Of a stretch of DNA of 64,000 bases, positions 36,148 through 46,935 are shown piece after piece; the first letter of the stretch is position 1, and every line of letters starts with the position of its first letter. A program made the translations under genes and the position numbers. Source of the DNA: Candidatus Hadarchaeum sp. (GTDB taxonomy: Archaea; Hadarchaeota; Hadarchaeia; Hadarchaeales; Hadarchaeaceae); contig DYTO01000002.1 of assembly GCA_020725895.1 (NCBI GenBank), positions 3,966-67,965 on the forward strand. The letters run 5' to 3'. The notes beneath the pieces are model-generated. The model made no database searches, was not told the DNA's origin, and was given only the letters and a program-made list of their open reading frames with translations.

Positions 36148-37074
36148 AAATCATGGACTCCAGAGGAATATCCACTCTTTTGGTCGTCGGGATTGTTATA
36201 GTTGCGATGGCCGGTTCCGGCGCTTACTTTCTTTTGTCGAGAGGAGGCGGTCCGACGGGCAGCTCCGGGACAGGTTCGGAAGATTCTGCCCTCACCCAGC
36301 TAACATATTCAAACTCTGACTTATCCAGATTGGAACCCGGACGGCAGCAAGCTGGTGTACACTCGCGTCACAGGTTCGGGATATGAGCTTTGGATTGTCA
36401 ACGCGGACGGTAGCGGCGCCACCAAAATAGGCGGCGGGTTTGATCCATCTTGGAGCCCAAACGCTGACACAATTGCGTACACCCTCGACGGCGAAATATA
36501 CACTATAAGCTCGAGCGGCGGCAGCGTGACCAAACTAACGACCCAAGGCGGGGACAATCCCGCTTGGAGCCCCGATGGGACGAAGATTGCTTACGCGAGG
36601 TGAGGTTCGATATGGGTGATGAACTCCGATGGAAGCGGGAACACAAATCTAACGTCCGTCTCCGATGGATATTGTTCCTGGCCATCCTACAGCTACGATG
36701 GGACAAAAATAGTTTACATAAAAGGGGAGTCACCCAGTGCGCCGGGCACAGAGCAAACTTCCTCCAACGAAATCTGGACAATGGGCAGCGACGGCTCAAG
36801 CAAGCAGAAAATATACGGAGAAGGGAACACATACAACCTGATTTTCCAGCGGGCATGGAACAGCAGCGACAAAATACTTTTCATGAGGACCGCCATACCG
36901 CTTAGCCCGCCGGACGTTTGGGTGATGAGCCCCGACGGCTCGGGCGCCACAGTCGTTCTTGACTCGGACAGCTATACTTACGGAGACCCCGTCTGGAACA
37001 ACGCCGGCGACAAAATTGCGATCATAAAGGGCGAGGAAACCTCACAGAACGTATTTATTTTATCTTTGCCCTGA
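36144..37074 (+). pseudogene. TolB-like PD40 beta-propeller protein with N-terminal signal anchor, disrupted by a frameshift near 36300 and an in-frame TGA at 36601-36603
   Basis: Three ORFs, 36144-36386, 36355-36603 and 36616-37074, join into one protein with repeated PDGSKLVY/SWSPDGTKIAY/VMNSDGSG PD40 motifs. Frame 1 is open from 36304 with PD40 sequence. ORFs two and three share a frame across the TGA. Confidence 0.5.
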
Positions 37075-37097
37075 TGTTTTGTAGTTGAGGTGACTGA

Positions 37098-38000
37098 GTG
37101 AAAAACAGCGGCATATCATCAATGGTCGTCGTCATGATCATAGTTGTTGGTTTGGCCGCAGGTGTCGGCGCATATCTTTTGGTTTCCGGTCCGAAGGTTG
37201 CTTCACCCGGCAGCACGAGAGAGAACCAATCGGAGGGCCCGTTTCCCAATTCGCCGTACTATCACCGCGTCTATTCCGCCACGTCATCGGACGGCATCAG
37301 CTGGGTCGTCGACAACACTTTGCTGTTCGACCACGCCTCCGTCCCAGGAGCGGTCTACTTCGATAACAAGCTGTACGTCTATTTTGTCAACGCCGAGGAT
37401 TGGCAGAACGAAAAATTGAGTGTGGCGATAAGCGAGGACCGCGGCGCGACTTTCACGACCCAAGATGTCCAGATAACAGGCTCCAACAGCCCCTACCCCG
37501 TGGACCCCGCCCCGATAATAGACAACGGCAAAATCCGGCTGACATACTTGGGGAACTTCGGCCAGATGGGTCAGGGCGAGGCCGGTAAGATCGTCACCGC
37601 GACTTCCTCGGACGGCATCAATTTCACGGAAGGCGGAGTCATCGTGAATGGGAACTTCACCGACCCGGACCTTTTCTATGACGATGTCGGCGGGCAGTGG
37701 GTACTGTTCCTGAGCCCGACGATGACTAAAGAAACGGCCTCCTCTCTGTCATCATCTTTCGTCCCCGATTCGGGTTTCAGCTGGAACGGCAGCGTCTCGT
37801 CTACCCACAAGATCGGGAACAAGTTCTACACATACTACATCAGCGAAGGCGAAATTTCGGTGGCGGAGTACTCTAACGGGAGTCTCACGAAAGTCGCTGA
37901 CGGGATTTTGAACTACCAGGGATTGAACGCCGACCCGTCAGTTGCGATATTTGGCGATAATGATTACAAGATGTTCTTCAAGACGCAGGTAAACTCGTGA
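37098..38000 (+). CDS. membrane-anchored BNR/Asp-box repeat (sialidase-like beta-propeller) protein
   Basis: The signal anchor MKNSGISSMVVVMIIVVGLAAGVGAYLLVS is homologous to that of the upstream pseudogene. Asp-boxes SSDGISW, SEDRGATF and SSDGINF are present. Confidence 0.7.
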   Translation: MKNSGISSMVVVMIIVVGLAAGVGAYLLVSGPKVASPGSTRENQSEGPFPNSPYYHRVYSATSSDGISWVVDNTLLFDHASVPGAVYFDNKLYVYFVNAEDWQNEKLSVAISEDRGATFTTQDVQITGSNSPYPVDPAPIIDNGKIRLTYLGNFGQMGQGEAGKIVTATSSDGINFTEGGVIVNGNFTDPDLFYDDVGGQWVLFLSPTMTKETASSLSSSFVPDSGFSWNGSVSSTHKIGNKFYTYYISEGEISVAEYSNGSLTKVADGILNYQGLNADPSVAIFGDNDYKMFFKTQVNS

Positions 38001-38002
38001 GC

Positions 38003-39607
38003 TCAGGCCGGAGACTTTCTCTGGCGCGCGACGACAGAAACGACTACCAGGGCGACCACGACCACAGGTATGATCAAGTATATCGTGATGTCCGAGGATG
38101 GCGTGGAAGGTGTCGTTGGGGTCCCGGTGGCGAACATGCTAACGTCCGAAGAAATTTCTCCGCTTAGGCTCACGTATTTCGTCCCCTGGTAGACGTTGTC
38201 TTCGCTCGCGATGTACATCAGCACCCCTGCGAAGTTTTCATTTGAAGTCAGAACGCCCTGGGAGTTTGTCGTGCCAAGCAGCGTGTTTTCCCTCCCGTCC
38301 TCGGTGCCCCAGTAAATCACGGTGTTTGCCAGAGGGGTGTTGTCCGATTTCAGGAAAGTGAACGTGAAAGTGGCCTGGTTTTCGGTTGTACCTTGGTTAT
38401 CGGAGGTCTGGTTGTCGTCTGTGGTGCCTGACATCACGACAGTCCTGCTGAGCAGACTCGTGTTAATCCCGTCCGAAATACCCAAGTAGGAACCGTCCGA
38501 CGACATCGAGACGGAATAATTTGATGCGTAGCGCCACAGAGGTGAGCTGCTGCTGTTCGTGAACATGTAAATTCCGACGCTGCCCGACGTTGCGATGTAA
38601 GACCCGTCCGACGATATCGCCGTTGACAGAGCCTGGCCAGTGGCGTAATCGATGCTCGGCGTGCCGCTTGTGCGCGAGAACAGGTATGGCCCGCTGCTCA
38701 AAGTCCCGGCGATGATGTAGTTGCCGTCCTCTGAGATAGAGACAGATTTCACGGGGTTCAGGTATCCGCTGACAGCGTAGTTCCAGCCGACCGTGTTGTC
38801 GGTCCTCGCGTTCGAGAAGAGATAGACCTTGCCGCTAGTGTCGTCGTAAGTGCTGTCTGAAACCCCGGCCGCAACGTATGCGCCGTTCGAAGAAATCACC
38901 ACAGACGAAATGTATCGTTCGAATTCGGACGAAGTTGAGTATTCCCAAATTGGGGTGCTCGAAGTTCTGGAGAAAAACTGGACCTTGCTGTCGTGGAAGC
39001 CGGCCGCGATGTAGTTGCCGTCCGAGCTGATTGCGATGGAGTAGGCCAGCGCGCCGTTGCCGCCGTCGACCACCCACGTGGAGTATGTCCACACGGGCGT
39101 GCTCGAAGTTTTGGAGAAGAGGAAGACCTTTGAGAATTCGTAAGGATATTGCTGCGTGGAGTAATCCTGGTTCGCGGCCGCGATGTATGTGCCGTCCGCT
39201 GAGATTTTCACGTACACGACGTCACCGCCGACGCTGTGTGTCCACTGCGGCGTGCTCGAGGCGCGCACGAAGAAGTAAACGTTGCCGGCCGAGTTCGCAG
39301 CCACGATGTAGCGCCCGTCGGACGATATCGCGACGGATGTGATCGAGGCGCCGGTCGAGTAGCTCCAGATCGGGGTGTTGTCGGTGCGGGAGAAGAGGTA
39401 GACCGCGCCGTCGTGGTCGCCGGCGACCACGTAGTTCCCGTCCGCGGAGATTTTGACCTGGAAGATATTGATACTCGGGTAGTACGTCCAGACCGGCTGC
39501 TGTTCCGTCTGGGCGGCGGCGAGGCCGGTTCCGAGGGATAGGAAGATGAATTGCGTGAAGAGCAGGGCGAGTGTCATGTCCAGCAACGCGTTTTTTCTCG
39601 AACTCAT
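38003..39607 (-). CDS. secreted cell-surface beta-propeller repeat protein (YVTN/PQQ-like repeats) with C-terminal Thr/Pro linker and TM anchor
   Basis: A signal peptide followed by about nine repeats of the form ISADGNYVVAG...VYLFSRT.NTPIW. The C-terminus is TGTPTTPSTPSS followed by IIPVVVVALVVVSVVARQRK. Confidence 0.75.
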   Translation of the reverse strand: MSSRKNALLDMTLALLFTQFIFLSLGTGLAAAQTEQQPVWTYYPSINIFQVKISADGNYVVAGDHDGAVYLFSRTDNTPIWSYSTGASITSVAISSDGRYIVAANSAGNVYFFVRASSTPQWTHSVGGDVVYVKISADGTYIAAANQDYSTQQYPYEFSKVFLFSKTSSTPVWTYSTWVVDGGNGALAYSIAISSDGNYIAAGFHDSKVQFFSRTSSTPIWEYSTSSEFERYISSVVISSNGAYVAAGVSDSTYDDTSGKVYLFSNARTDNTVGWNYAVSGYLNPVKSVSISEDGNYIIAGTLSSGPYLFSRTSGTPSIDYATGQALSTAISSDGSYIATSGSVGIYMFTNSSSSPLWRYASNYSVSMSSDGSYLGISDGINTSLLSRTVVMSGTTDDNQTSDNQGTTENQATFTFTFLKSDNTPLANTVIYWGTEDGRENTLLGTTNSQGVLTSNENFAGVLMYIASEDNVYQGTKYVSLSGEISSDVSMFATGTPTTPSTPSSDITIYLIIPVVVVALVVVSVVARQRKSPA

Positions 39608-39709
39608 GTTTGACCATGAAATTTTGGCAATGCGCGGATAAATACTTGATTTTATTTTCGTTTAGAGAGCAATGTTTTTCCTTTTTATACAACCTTCTAA
39701 CAAAATCGG

Positions 39710-40420
39710 GTGGTGGAAAACACGAACAATCTGATACTGCCAAAGAAAGTGACAGTTGATCTTGTGTATCTCATAGGAGTTCTAGCTGGCGACGGCAGCA
39801 TAAATGTTCGGCCAAAACATGATTATGAAATCAAGTGCGTGGGTAATGTCAAGGAAAAAGAATTCTATGATTCGGTGGTTTGCCCGATAATAAAAAATTT
39901 ATTTGACATTGAAGTTAAAGCTAGACTTCATGATTCCGAAACAACTTATGGCATTAGAATCTGGTCGAAGGAGTTAGTTGGTTTTCTCACTGAATTGTTT
40001 GAACTGCCTATCGGTAAGAAATATGCTAAAATAAAAGTTCCCGACAATATCAAGTCTTGCGATAAGTTTTATGTGGCGTTTATTCAGGGCTTGGCAGACA
40101 CAGATTTTTCGTTAACGTTAAAAAGACGGTACAGAAAACAGCAATATTATCCCGTGATTGTTGGAGTTTCGAAAAACAAAAAGTTCATGATAGACATTTC
40201 AAAATATCTGCAAGGCATTGGTTTTTCTATTTCAGAGCACTTTGAAAAAGTTCAGGTTGATAAAAGATTTGGAAAGACGATTACACATGTAATCCAAATG
40301 TATGGCCCCAATCAACTTGCGAAGTGGATGAATACGATTGGATTCAGAAATACAAAACACATCAAAAAATTTGAAATTTGGAAGTCAATAAAAACAATCG
40401 TTGGGCAAAAAGTGCTTTAG
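39710..40420 (+). CDS. free-standing LAGLIDADG homing-endonuclease-like protein
   Basis: Two motifs, LVYLIGVLAGDGSI and FIQGLADTDFSL, in an AT-rich gene. The ORF ends 3 nt from the 3' end of the adjacent tRNA. Confidence 0.75.
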   Translation: MVENTNNLILPKKVTVDLVYLIGVLAGDGSINVRPKHDYEIKCVGNVKEKEFYDSVVCPIIKNLFDIEVKARLHDSETTYGIRIWSKELVGFLTELFELPIGKKYAKIKVPDNIKSCDKFYVAFIQGLADTDFSLTLKRRYRKQQYYPVIVGVSKNKKFMIDISKYLQGIGFSISEHFEKVQVDKRFGKTITHVIQMYGPNQLAKWMNTIGFRNTKHIKKFEIWKSIKTIVGQKVL

Positions 40421-40423
40421 AAT

Positions 40424-40616
40424 TGGTAGCGGGGGGTGGACTTGAACCACCGACTTCCCGCGCCCGCGCTCGACGCACGGACGTCTCCGGGTCTCGCAGG
40501 AGCGCCAAACCCACGGCTTGACGCCTTATGAGCTTCGCCCGTGGTTTCCCACGTCCGGCGGGCACTCCATGCTGCCTTGGGGGCAGAGTAGTTTCCTACG
40601 CTGCTCTACCCCGCTA
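40424..40616 (-). tRNA. long tRNA locus (193 nt) with ~117 nt of intronic sequence; CUCAUAA (Met-like) loop motif present
   Basis: Acceptor AGCGGGG/CCCCGCU, T-arm GGUGG UUCAAGU CCACC, discriminator A and an encoded CCA. The interior contains CGAAGCUCAUAA, as in the tRNA-Met at 21947. The exact splice sites are unresolved. Confidence 0.45.
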
Positions 40617-40718
40617 CAGGTCGTCCTCGCTACCGTAGATTCGATTTATTTTGTGGGATAAATGATTTGCGTTCTTGAAAAATGCGCAGCGAAAACCAGC
40701 CGTATTCGACAGAAATAT

Positions 40719-41354
40719 TCACGCTTTTTCAATTTTGACGGGCTGTTGTCTTTCGGACGGCACCATGAACCTCCTCAGCATCCCCCCCAGCACCGCCCCC
40801 GCCGCGACTATCCCGACTATCAGGAAAGCGCTCAGGAAGAATTGAACGAGCAGGGATTGCAGGAGCATCTCGGCAGTCACCGTCTGTCCGGCCGCCGATG
40901 AGGCCACAGTTGTAACCGTCCCCCCCCAACTCTCTATAGCCACCCAACCATTTGCCGCCTGTCCCACCGCCGATGAAGCCGCCGTTGACAACGCCGCGAG
41001 CATATCCGACAATTTGCTCGTGAGAATCCCGTAAGCGGTGCCGTTTATTATCAGAAACGAGCCCGGCATGAAAAGCGCCACGAGGAACAAAGACCCGCAC
41101 AACCCGCCGGCGCGAAACCGCCACCACGTGTGGATCCCGCTTCCGAGGAAATACCCTACGAGCATTCCCCCGAAAAGCAACGCGAGTGCCCCCCCGCCGA
41201 GCACGAAGTATCCGAAGAATGCGAAGAAGAACCCGTAGAGGACCGGCTTGAGGAAAGTCCTGCGATCCATTTTTTTGCTGAACAGGAACAGGAGCAGCCC
41301 CATCACCGCGCCGCAGAATGCTAGGTATGCCAGTCTGAAAGTTAGTTCGTCCAC
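40719..41354 (-). CDS. hypothetical polytopic membrane protein
   Basis: 211 aa with several Gly/Phe-rich TM helices. Confidence 0.5.
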   Translation of the reverse strand: MDELTFRLAYLAFCGAVMGLLLFLFSKKMDRRTFLKPVLYGFFFAFFGYFVLGGGALALLFGGMLVGYFLGSGIHTWWRFRAGGLCGSLFLVALFMPGSFLIINGTAYGILTSKLSDMLAALSTAASSAVGQAANGWVAIESWGGTVTTVASSAAGQTVTAEMLLQSLLVQFFLSAFLIVGIVAAGAVLGGMLRRFMVPSERQQPVKIEKA

Positions 41355-41601
41355 ATTTTCACAACTCGGCGCGCTCTTAAATAAAACAATTGTTTGTAGT
41401 TCGTGCTATGATTTTCTCTGTTTACAAGGGACATTCGCCCAAAGAAGAGGCGGAAACGGTTCAACGTTTATTTAAAATATTATTAATTGGTTGCCGGATC
41501 ACACCAGCGCCTGCCCGGCTGGTATCCCGGTCGGGCAATTCTTTTGAAATTTCGTCGAGCAAAAAATTTATAGCATGTGATATAAAGACCACTAAGGTTA
41601 G

Positions 41602-43539
41602 ATGCACGGTTGGGCAGGAACTGTATTGCGGGTTGATCTCAACCGAGAGAAGGTGGTCAAGCAGCCGTTGGACCCGAAGGTCGCGAAGGATTTCATGGGC
41701 GGCCGCGGGCTGAATTCTAAGGTCCTTTTTGACGAGGTGAAGCCCGGCATCGACCCACTCGGTCCTGAAAATGTCTACTGCATGTCTTCAGGCCCCCTCA
41801 CAGGCACTGCGATCAGCCTTTCCAGCAGGATCCAAGTCAGCACTATTTCACCGCTCAGCTACATCCTCGGTGACGGGAACTCGGGCGGCGACTTTCCAGC
41901 GCTGCTCAGGCGCGCGGGTTACGATCAGATTGTCATCACGGGCAGGGCGAGCAAGCCGAAGTACATCTGGATAGAGAACGACAATGTGGAGTTGAGGGAC
42001 GCCTCGGACCTCTGGGGTAGGAACAATTATGATACCGCGGACATGCTCCACGAGGATCTGGGCAATGACGTCAGGGTCGCCTCGATCGGGCAGGCCGGCG
42101 AGAACCTCGTGAGGTTCGCATGCACGGTCTTCGACAGGCACTTCACGGCGGCGAGGGGGAGCGGCGCCGTCCTCGGGTCAAAGAACCTGAAGGCAATCGC
42201 CGTCAGGGGGACTGGAAAGGTCAGCATCGCGAAGCCGGATGAGTACATGCAGCTCGTTCGCGAGGACACGCAGTTCTTCCTGACTGACAGGACCCAGCGC
42301 GAGATCCACAAGTACGGGACGCACCTCGGCGTCGTCAACTGGTATCCAGGCTACCGATACTTCAAGAAACTCCTGAGCAAGGAGGAGATCCCGTTCGAGC
42401 TCACGCCCGAGGGCTTCAAGAAGGACGAGATCGGGCGGTACGGGTGCTTCGGTTGCGTCGTCGCTTGCAGGGACGTATTCAAGATTCCTGACGGCCCGTA
42501 CAAGGGAGAGGTCGGGAAGGCGCTCGAGTACGAGACGATCTTCTGCACCGGGATAAACTGCGGGATAATGTAGCAGACGCCGGTCAGGGTGATGAACAAC
42601 CTCTCTGATAAGTACGGGCTGGACACAATCCCCCTCGGGAACGTCATTGCTTTCGCCAAGGAGCTCTACGACAAGAAGATTATCACAAAGGCCGACACCG
42701 ACGGGCTTTCGCTTGACTGGGAGGAGGTGGACGACCAGATCGAGCTCATCCACAGGATCGCCCTTAGGGAGGGCGTCGGGAACAAGATGGCGGAGGGGAT
42801 GTTCAGCTACGCGAAGATAGTGGGGAAGAACGCGATGGACTACTGCTATCACGTGAAGGGTCTTTCACGCGGGCCGGCCCTCTATCCAGTCGGAATTTTC
42901 ACTCTCGCTCACGCGACTTCCACTCGCGGCGCAGACCACCTAAGGGGAAGGAGCTGGGCTTACGGGGAGAATGATCCAGACATCTTCCCGAACTGGGTCA
43001 AGACGGGACTGATACCGAAGGATGCGGTGCCAGCGCTCGTGTTGTCAGAGAATGCGTGCACGCTTCCAGACTCGATCGGCCGGTGCAAGGGAAGCGTCAA
43101 CAACTGGCCCAGCGCAGTCCCACTCAGCTTCAAGTACCCGATTTGGGGGGGCATTGCAAAGCTCCTGACCGCGTTGACGGGCGTCGAGTATTCGGAGGCG
43201 AGCGTGGTTGAGGCGATGGAGAGGATTTACACTATCGAGAGGGCGCTTCTCATCAAACAGGGCGTGACGCGCAGGCAGGACAGGCTCGTGCTTCCGGCCG
43301 ACCAGCTTGGGACGCCGGAGGAGAGGCAGGCGCAGGAGGAGCACGCGCGAATGCTCACTGATTACTACAAGATGCGCGGATGGGAGCCCGAGAACGGCGT
43401 GCCGACCCGCGCGACCTTGGAGAAGTACGGGATGAAGTACGTGGCGGACGAGCTTCAGTCGCACGGGCCCTACAAGGAGTGGGACGGGCCGCCTCTCTGG
43501 CAGCTGAGCAAATATCCGCACGGTGGAAAACGGGCTTAG
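41602..43539 (+). pseudogene. aor: tungsten-containing aldehyde:ferredoxin oxidoreductase (AOR family) interrupted by a single in-frame TAG at 42571-42573
   Basis: The N-terminus MHGWAGTVLRVDLNREKV...FMGGRGLNSKVLF is AOR-like. The downstream part carries YGCFGCVVACRD Cys ligands and ...LSDKYGLDTIPLG. Both ORFs share a frame and are separated only by TAG plus 5 codons. TAG is a genuine stop here for leuS, alaS, rpoB and tuf. Confidence 0.55.
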
Positions 43540-44618
43540 TCGGTCTCGATTGAAGCCTGAGGTTTCATCCTTTGGGCTTTGAAAAACCAGCCAGGATTGT
43601 GCCCTATTGGCGCATTCTTGTAATCAAGCTGCCAGACAGTCTCGCCCTGAGGCGTGATCTCAAATATAACAGAAGTGTCGTCGGAGTCATCGATTATGGT
43701 TCCACCAATGTCAACGGAGACTATCAAATAATTGCCGTTAGGGCGCCTGTCCGCATCTCTCGTTGTGCGCAAGTTCAGGTTTTCATAAGTTCTAATAGTC
43801 GAACCATTTTCCCGATCGACTTCAACCATGACTGAATGCGAGTCGTCTTGCAGGCAGACGACTAGAGTGTTGTCATCCTCGTATACCTGAGGTTCGTGTG
43901 GCCACACGTCAGCACCAAATGAATTCCAGTCGTATTCTTTTACCACGCTACCATTTTCTGCGACGATTGCTGTCAGGTCAAAGTTTCTCAGGCTTATCAA
44001 AGTCGTGTTGTCGCTCAACCTTTGCGCAGCGTTCGTGTGCGCATATCCCTGATAAGAGTACTGAGATGACGGGTATCTCTGGGAGTAATAGTCGCTCGCG
44101 CGCCAGGACCATACCAGCGTGCCGTTTGAATCCACTTCCTTCACGGATGCGTCTGTCGTTTCGTCGTTGTTTCCAAAGACGTAAATCGTGTTGCCATTGG
44201 ACAATCGGTCTGAGTCGTGGCTGACTTTCGGATCGGATTCAGACCAGACCAAATTCCCGCTGCGATCTATCTCGTAAATCCCACTTCCTGAAATCGTGAT
44301 TAGCACGTGGTTGTCGGGGAGCACCTGCGCGTCAAACCCCACGATCACTTGTCCATGAACCCATGATGATGGAATACTGTATCCCCATACGATTTCGCCA
44401 TTCATGTCGACTTCCACGACCCTTCTGTTATCGGCATCGTAGGAGTCGGTGAACTAAGTCGTGCCGTCATACGCCTTCGTTTGGTCGTAAATTGAAACGA
44501 CGAATTTTGGTTCGTTGTCCGTGGTCGTCCGTGATGTTTGGATGTTCACGAATAGAAAAGCGCCGATGCCAATCGCACAAATAACGACTGATATCAAAAC
44601 TATTTTTACAACACTCAT
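43536..44618 (-). pseudogene. membrane-anchored beta-propeller-like protein interrupted by an in-frame TAG at 44454-44456
   Basis: The TM start MSVVKIVLISVVICAIGIGAFLF... is followed by ...KAYDGTT, then TAG, then FTDSYDADNRRVVEVDMNGEIVWGY... in the same frame. The C-terminal part has repeated W/Y-rich propeller-like blades. Confidence 0.45.
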
Positions 44619-44665
44619 TTTTGCACGTCTTTCATTATTTTTCAGACATTGAATAAAAGACCGCG

Positions 44666-44974
44666 CTATGTCTTCATCTCTATCTCGATAGCGACTTCTT
44701 CGGGGACCTGCACTCTCATGAGCTGCCTCAATGCCCGCTCGTCCGCTTGCATGTCGATCAGGCGCTTGTGGACCCTCATCTCCCACCTGTCGAAAGTCGC
44801 CGTCCCCTCGCCATCAGGGGACTTCCTTATCGTCATCTTGAGCTTCTTCGTAGGGAGTGGGATTGGCCCATGCAGGGTGACCCCTGTCCGCTTCGCTATC
44901 GTTATTATCTGCTCGCACACCTCGTTCAGCTTTTTGGTGTCCGTGCTCGATATCTTTATCCTAGCTTTTTGCAA
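44666..44974 (-). CDS. rps10: 30S ribosomal protein S10
   Basis: 102 aa of the uS10 family, immediately downstream of EF-1alpha as in the canonical arrangement. Confidence 0.9.
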   Translation of the reverse strand: MQKARIKISSTDTKKLNEVCEQIITIAKRTGVTLHGPIPLPTKKLKMTIRKSPDGEGTATFDRWEMRVHKRLIDMQADERALRQLMRVQVPEEVAIEIEMKT

Positions 44975-45014
44975 GTGTATCCCTAAATTCTATGGAGCAG
45001 GGGTTAAAAAAGGA

Positions 45015-46283
45015 CTACTTTGCGGGCGTCAGGTCCACGCAAACGCCGGCAGCGACCGTCATCCCCATGTCCCTGATCGCGAACCTGCTCATCTGCGGGA
45101 ACTCAGAGGCTTTTTCAATAACAATCGGCTTGCTTGGCGTAACGACGATAGTCGCCATGTCACCCTTCTTTATGAACTCTGGCTTTTGCTCGGTCGGCTC
45201 ACCGGTCTTTGGATCCAGCTTGTTCGTTATCTCGGAGATCTTGCACGCGACCTGCGCGGTGTGCACGTGGAACACCGGCGAGTAACCAGCGGCCAAAGCA
45301 GTCGGGTGCTGAAGCACGGCGACCCTGGCCCTGAACTCTTTCACAACCGTCGGGGGCTTGTTCGGGTGCCCGATGACGTCCCCTCTCTTCACGGCGCCCT
45401 TCTCGATGCCCCTGACGTTGAACCCGATGTTGTCCCCGGGCTCGGCCTGCTGGATGTTCTCGTGGTGCATCTCTATCGATTTCACCTCGCCCTTAACGCC
45501 AGCGGGCTCGAAGACTATCGCGTCCCCGACCTTGATTATACCTGTTTCAACTCGCCCAACAGGGACAGTCCCGACACCGGTTATCGTGTAAACATCCTGC
45601 ACCGGAAGCCTGAGCGGTTTGTCCGTAGGCTTTTTCGGGATGATAAAGTTGTCAAGCGACTCGTAGAATGTCGGCCCGGTGTACCACTTCATCTTGTCGC
45701 TCCTCTTCAAGATGTTTTCCCCGAGGAACGCCGCCGTCGGCACGAATGTGAACTTTTCAGGCCCCCTGTGCCCGACAGCTTTCAACAGGTCTACTATCTC
45801 GCCCTTGAGCTTGTTGTATACTTCCTGCTTGTACTCGACCAGGTCCATCTTGTTGATCACGATAACAAACTGCCCGACGCCGAGCGTGAACGACAACGCC
45901 GCATGCTCGCGGGTCTGCGGCATTATGCCGTCGTCGGCCGCCACGACAAGGACCGCGGCGTCCGCCTGGCTAGCGCCTGTGATCATGTTCTTGACGAAGT
46001 CGCGGTGCCCCGGCGCGTCGATGATAGTGAAAGTGTACTTGTCAGTTTCGAATTTCTTGTGGGCGAGGTCGATTGTTAGTCCTCTCTCACGCTCTTCCTT
46101 CAGGGCGTCCATGACCCACGCGAACTTGAACGTCTTCCCCTTGTCTCCCATAGCTTCGAACTTTTTCACGTCGTCCTCCCTGACGACTCCCTTTTCGAAG
46201 AGAGTTCGCCCTAGGAGTGTGGATTTTCCGTGGTCCACGTGACCAATCGACACAAGGTTCAAGTGTGGTTTCGCCATGTTCAT
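45015..46283 (-). CDS. tuf: elongation factor 1-alpha (canonical copy in the str-type cluster)
   Basis: 422 aa with [18 protein letters not shown] and [10 protein letters not shown]. It lies between rps7 and rps10. Confidence 0.95.
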   Translation of the reverse strand: MNMAKPHLNLVSIGHVDHGKSTLLGRTLFEKGVVREDDVKKFEAMGDKGKTFKFAWVMDALKEERERGLTIDLAHKKFETDKYTFTIIDAPGHRDFVKNMITGASQADAAVLVVAADDGIMPQTREHAALSFTLGVGQFVIVINKMDLVEYKQEVYNKLKGEIVDLLKAVGHRGPEKFTFVPTAAFLGENILKRSDKMKWYTGPTFYESLDNFIIPKKPTDKPLRLPVQDVYTITGVGTVPVGRVETGIIKVGDAIVFEPAGVKGEVKSIEMHHENIQQAEPGDNIGFNVRGIEKGAVKRGDVIGHPNKPPTVVKEFRARVAVLQHPTALAAGYSPVFHVHTAQVACKISEITNKLDPKTGEPTEQKPEFIKKGDMATIVVTPSKPIVIEKASEFPQMSRFAIRDMGMTVAAGVCVDLTPAK

Positions 46284-46325
46284 TTCTCCTTTGCTATTTT
46301 TTCTTAACGTAAAGGATATAAAAAC

Positions 46326-46931
46326 CTATCTGGCGCCTTTTGCTATGCGCTCAAGTTCCTCCTTTTGGGAAACGGCATAGCTTTTCACATCGTTGCCCGC
46401 GGCCATTATGATCTCCTCCGCCAGACTGACCTTAACGGTCTTTTTCGTGGCGAAAGTCGCCGCGTAAGCCCCAGCAGCAATGTTCTTCAGAGCTATGTCG
46501 AGCCTCCTCTGCGGTGCGGAATCGACCGCCATGTAATATGCTATCCCACCGTAAGTGAGTCTCGTGGTCTCCTCACGCGGCGCCGAGTTCTGGACCGCGT
46601 CGACCAAAACCTGCACCGGCGATTTCTTGGTTTTCTGAGCGATGATTTTGAAAGACTCCTTCACTATGTTGTACGCCTTGTTCTTCTTCCCGGTCGCCCC
46701 GCCGCCGCGGATGGTCTTCCCGCGCAGTCTCCTCGCCCCCGGCCCCGACCTCATTATCTTGTTCATCAACCTTTCGACGATAGTGACCTCCGACTTTTTG
46801 AACTGCTTGTTTGCGTGCCTTCCAGACGTGTGTGTGATGAATCTCGGTTCGAGGTTGATGTATCTCTTCAAGCCCTCGTCCCTGATGTTGATGTTCTCAG
46901 CACCCCATTCCCCAAAATATTTGAAATTCAA
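46326..46931 (-). CDS. rps7: 30S ribosomal protein S7
   Basis: 201 aa of the uS7 family. Confidence 0.9.
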   Translation of the reverse strand: MNFKYFGEWGAENINIRDEGLKRYINLEPRFITHTSGRHANKQFKKSEVTIVERLMNKIMRSGPGARRLRGKTIRGGGATGKKNKAYNIVKESFKIIAQKTKKSPVQVLVDAVQNSAPREETTRLTYGGIAYYMAVDSAPQRRLDIALKNIAAGAYAATFATKKTVKVSLAEEIIMAAGNDVKSYAVSQKEELERIAKGAR

Positions 46932-46935
46932 AAGA

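Noticed and set aside
36601-36603. In-frame TGA in the TolB-like gene as selenocysteine
   Set aside because: No SECIS-like hairpin is evident downstream. The same gene also carries a frameshift. The site aligns to a non-catalytic loop residue of a PD40 repeat.
40424-40640. The 193-nt structured locus as SRP RNA or RNase P RNA
   Set aside because: Its ends form a perfect 7-bp acceptor stem with discriminator and CCA. It has a canonical T-arm GGUGG-UUCAAGU-CCACC and a CUCAUAA loop. It is too short for archaeal 7S RNA (~300 nt) or RNase P RNA, and it lacks their conserved helices.
42571-42573. In-frame TAG in the AOR and at 44454 read as pyrrolysine codons
   Set aside because: TAG is the natural stop of leuS, alaS, rpoB and the canonical tuf in this window. 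Amber is therefore a functional terminator here, and no pyl genes are visible. Pseudogenisation or sequencing error is more parsimonious.
44649-46079. 476-aa plus-strand ORF overlapping tuf/rps10, and 26868-28055 minus-strand ORF overlapping the EF-1alpha paralog
   Set aside because: These are antisense shadows of EF-1alpha. Their shared peptide ...[46 protein letters not shown] simply reflects the 143-nt identical tract of the two tuf copies.
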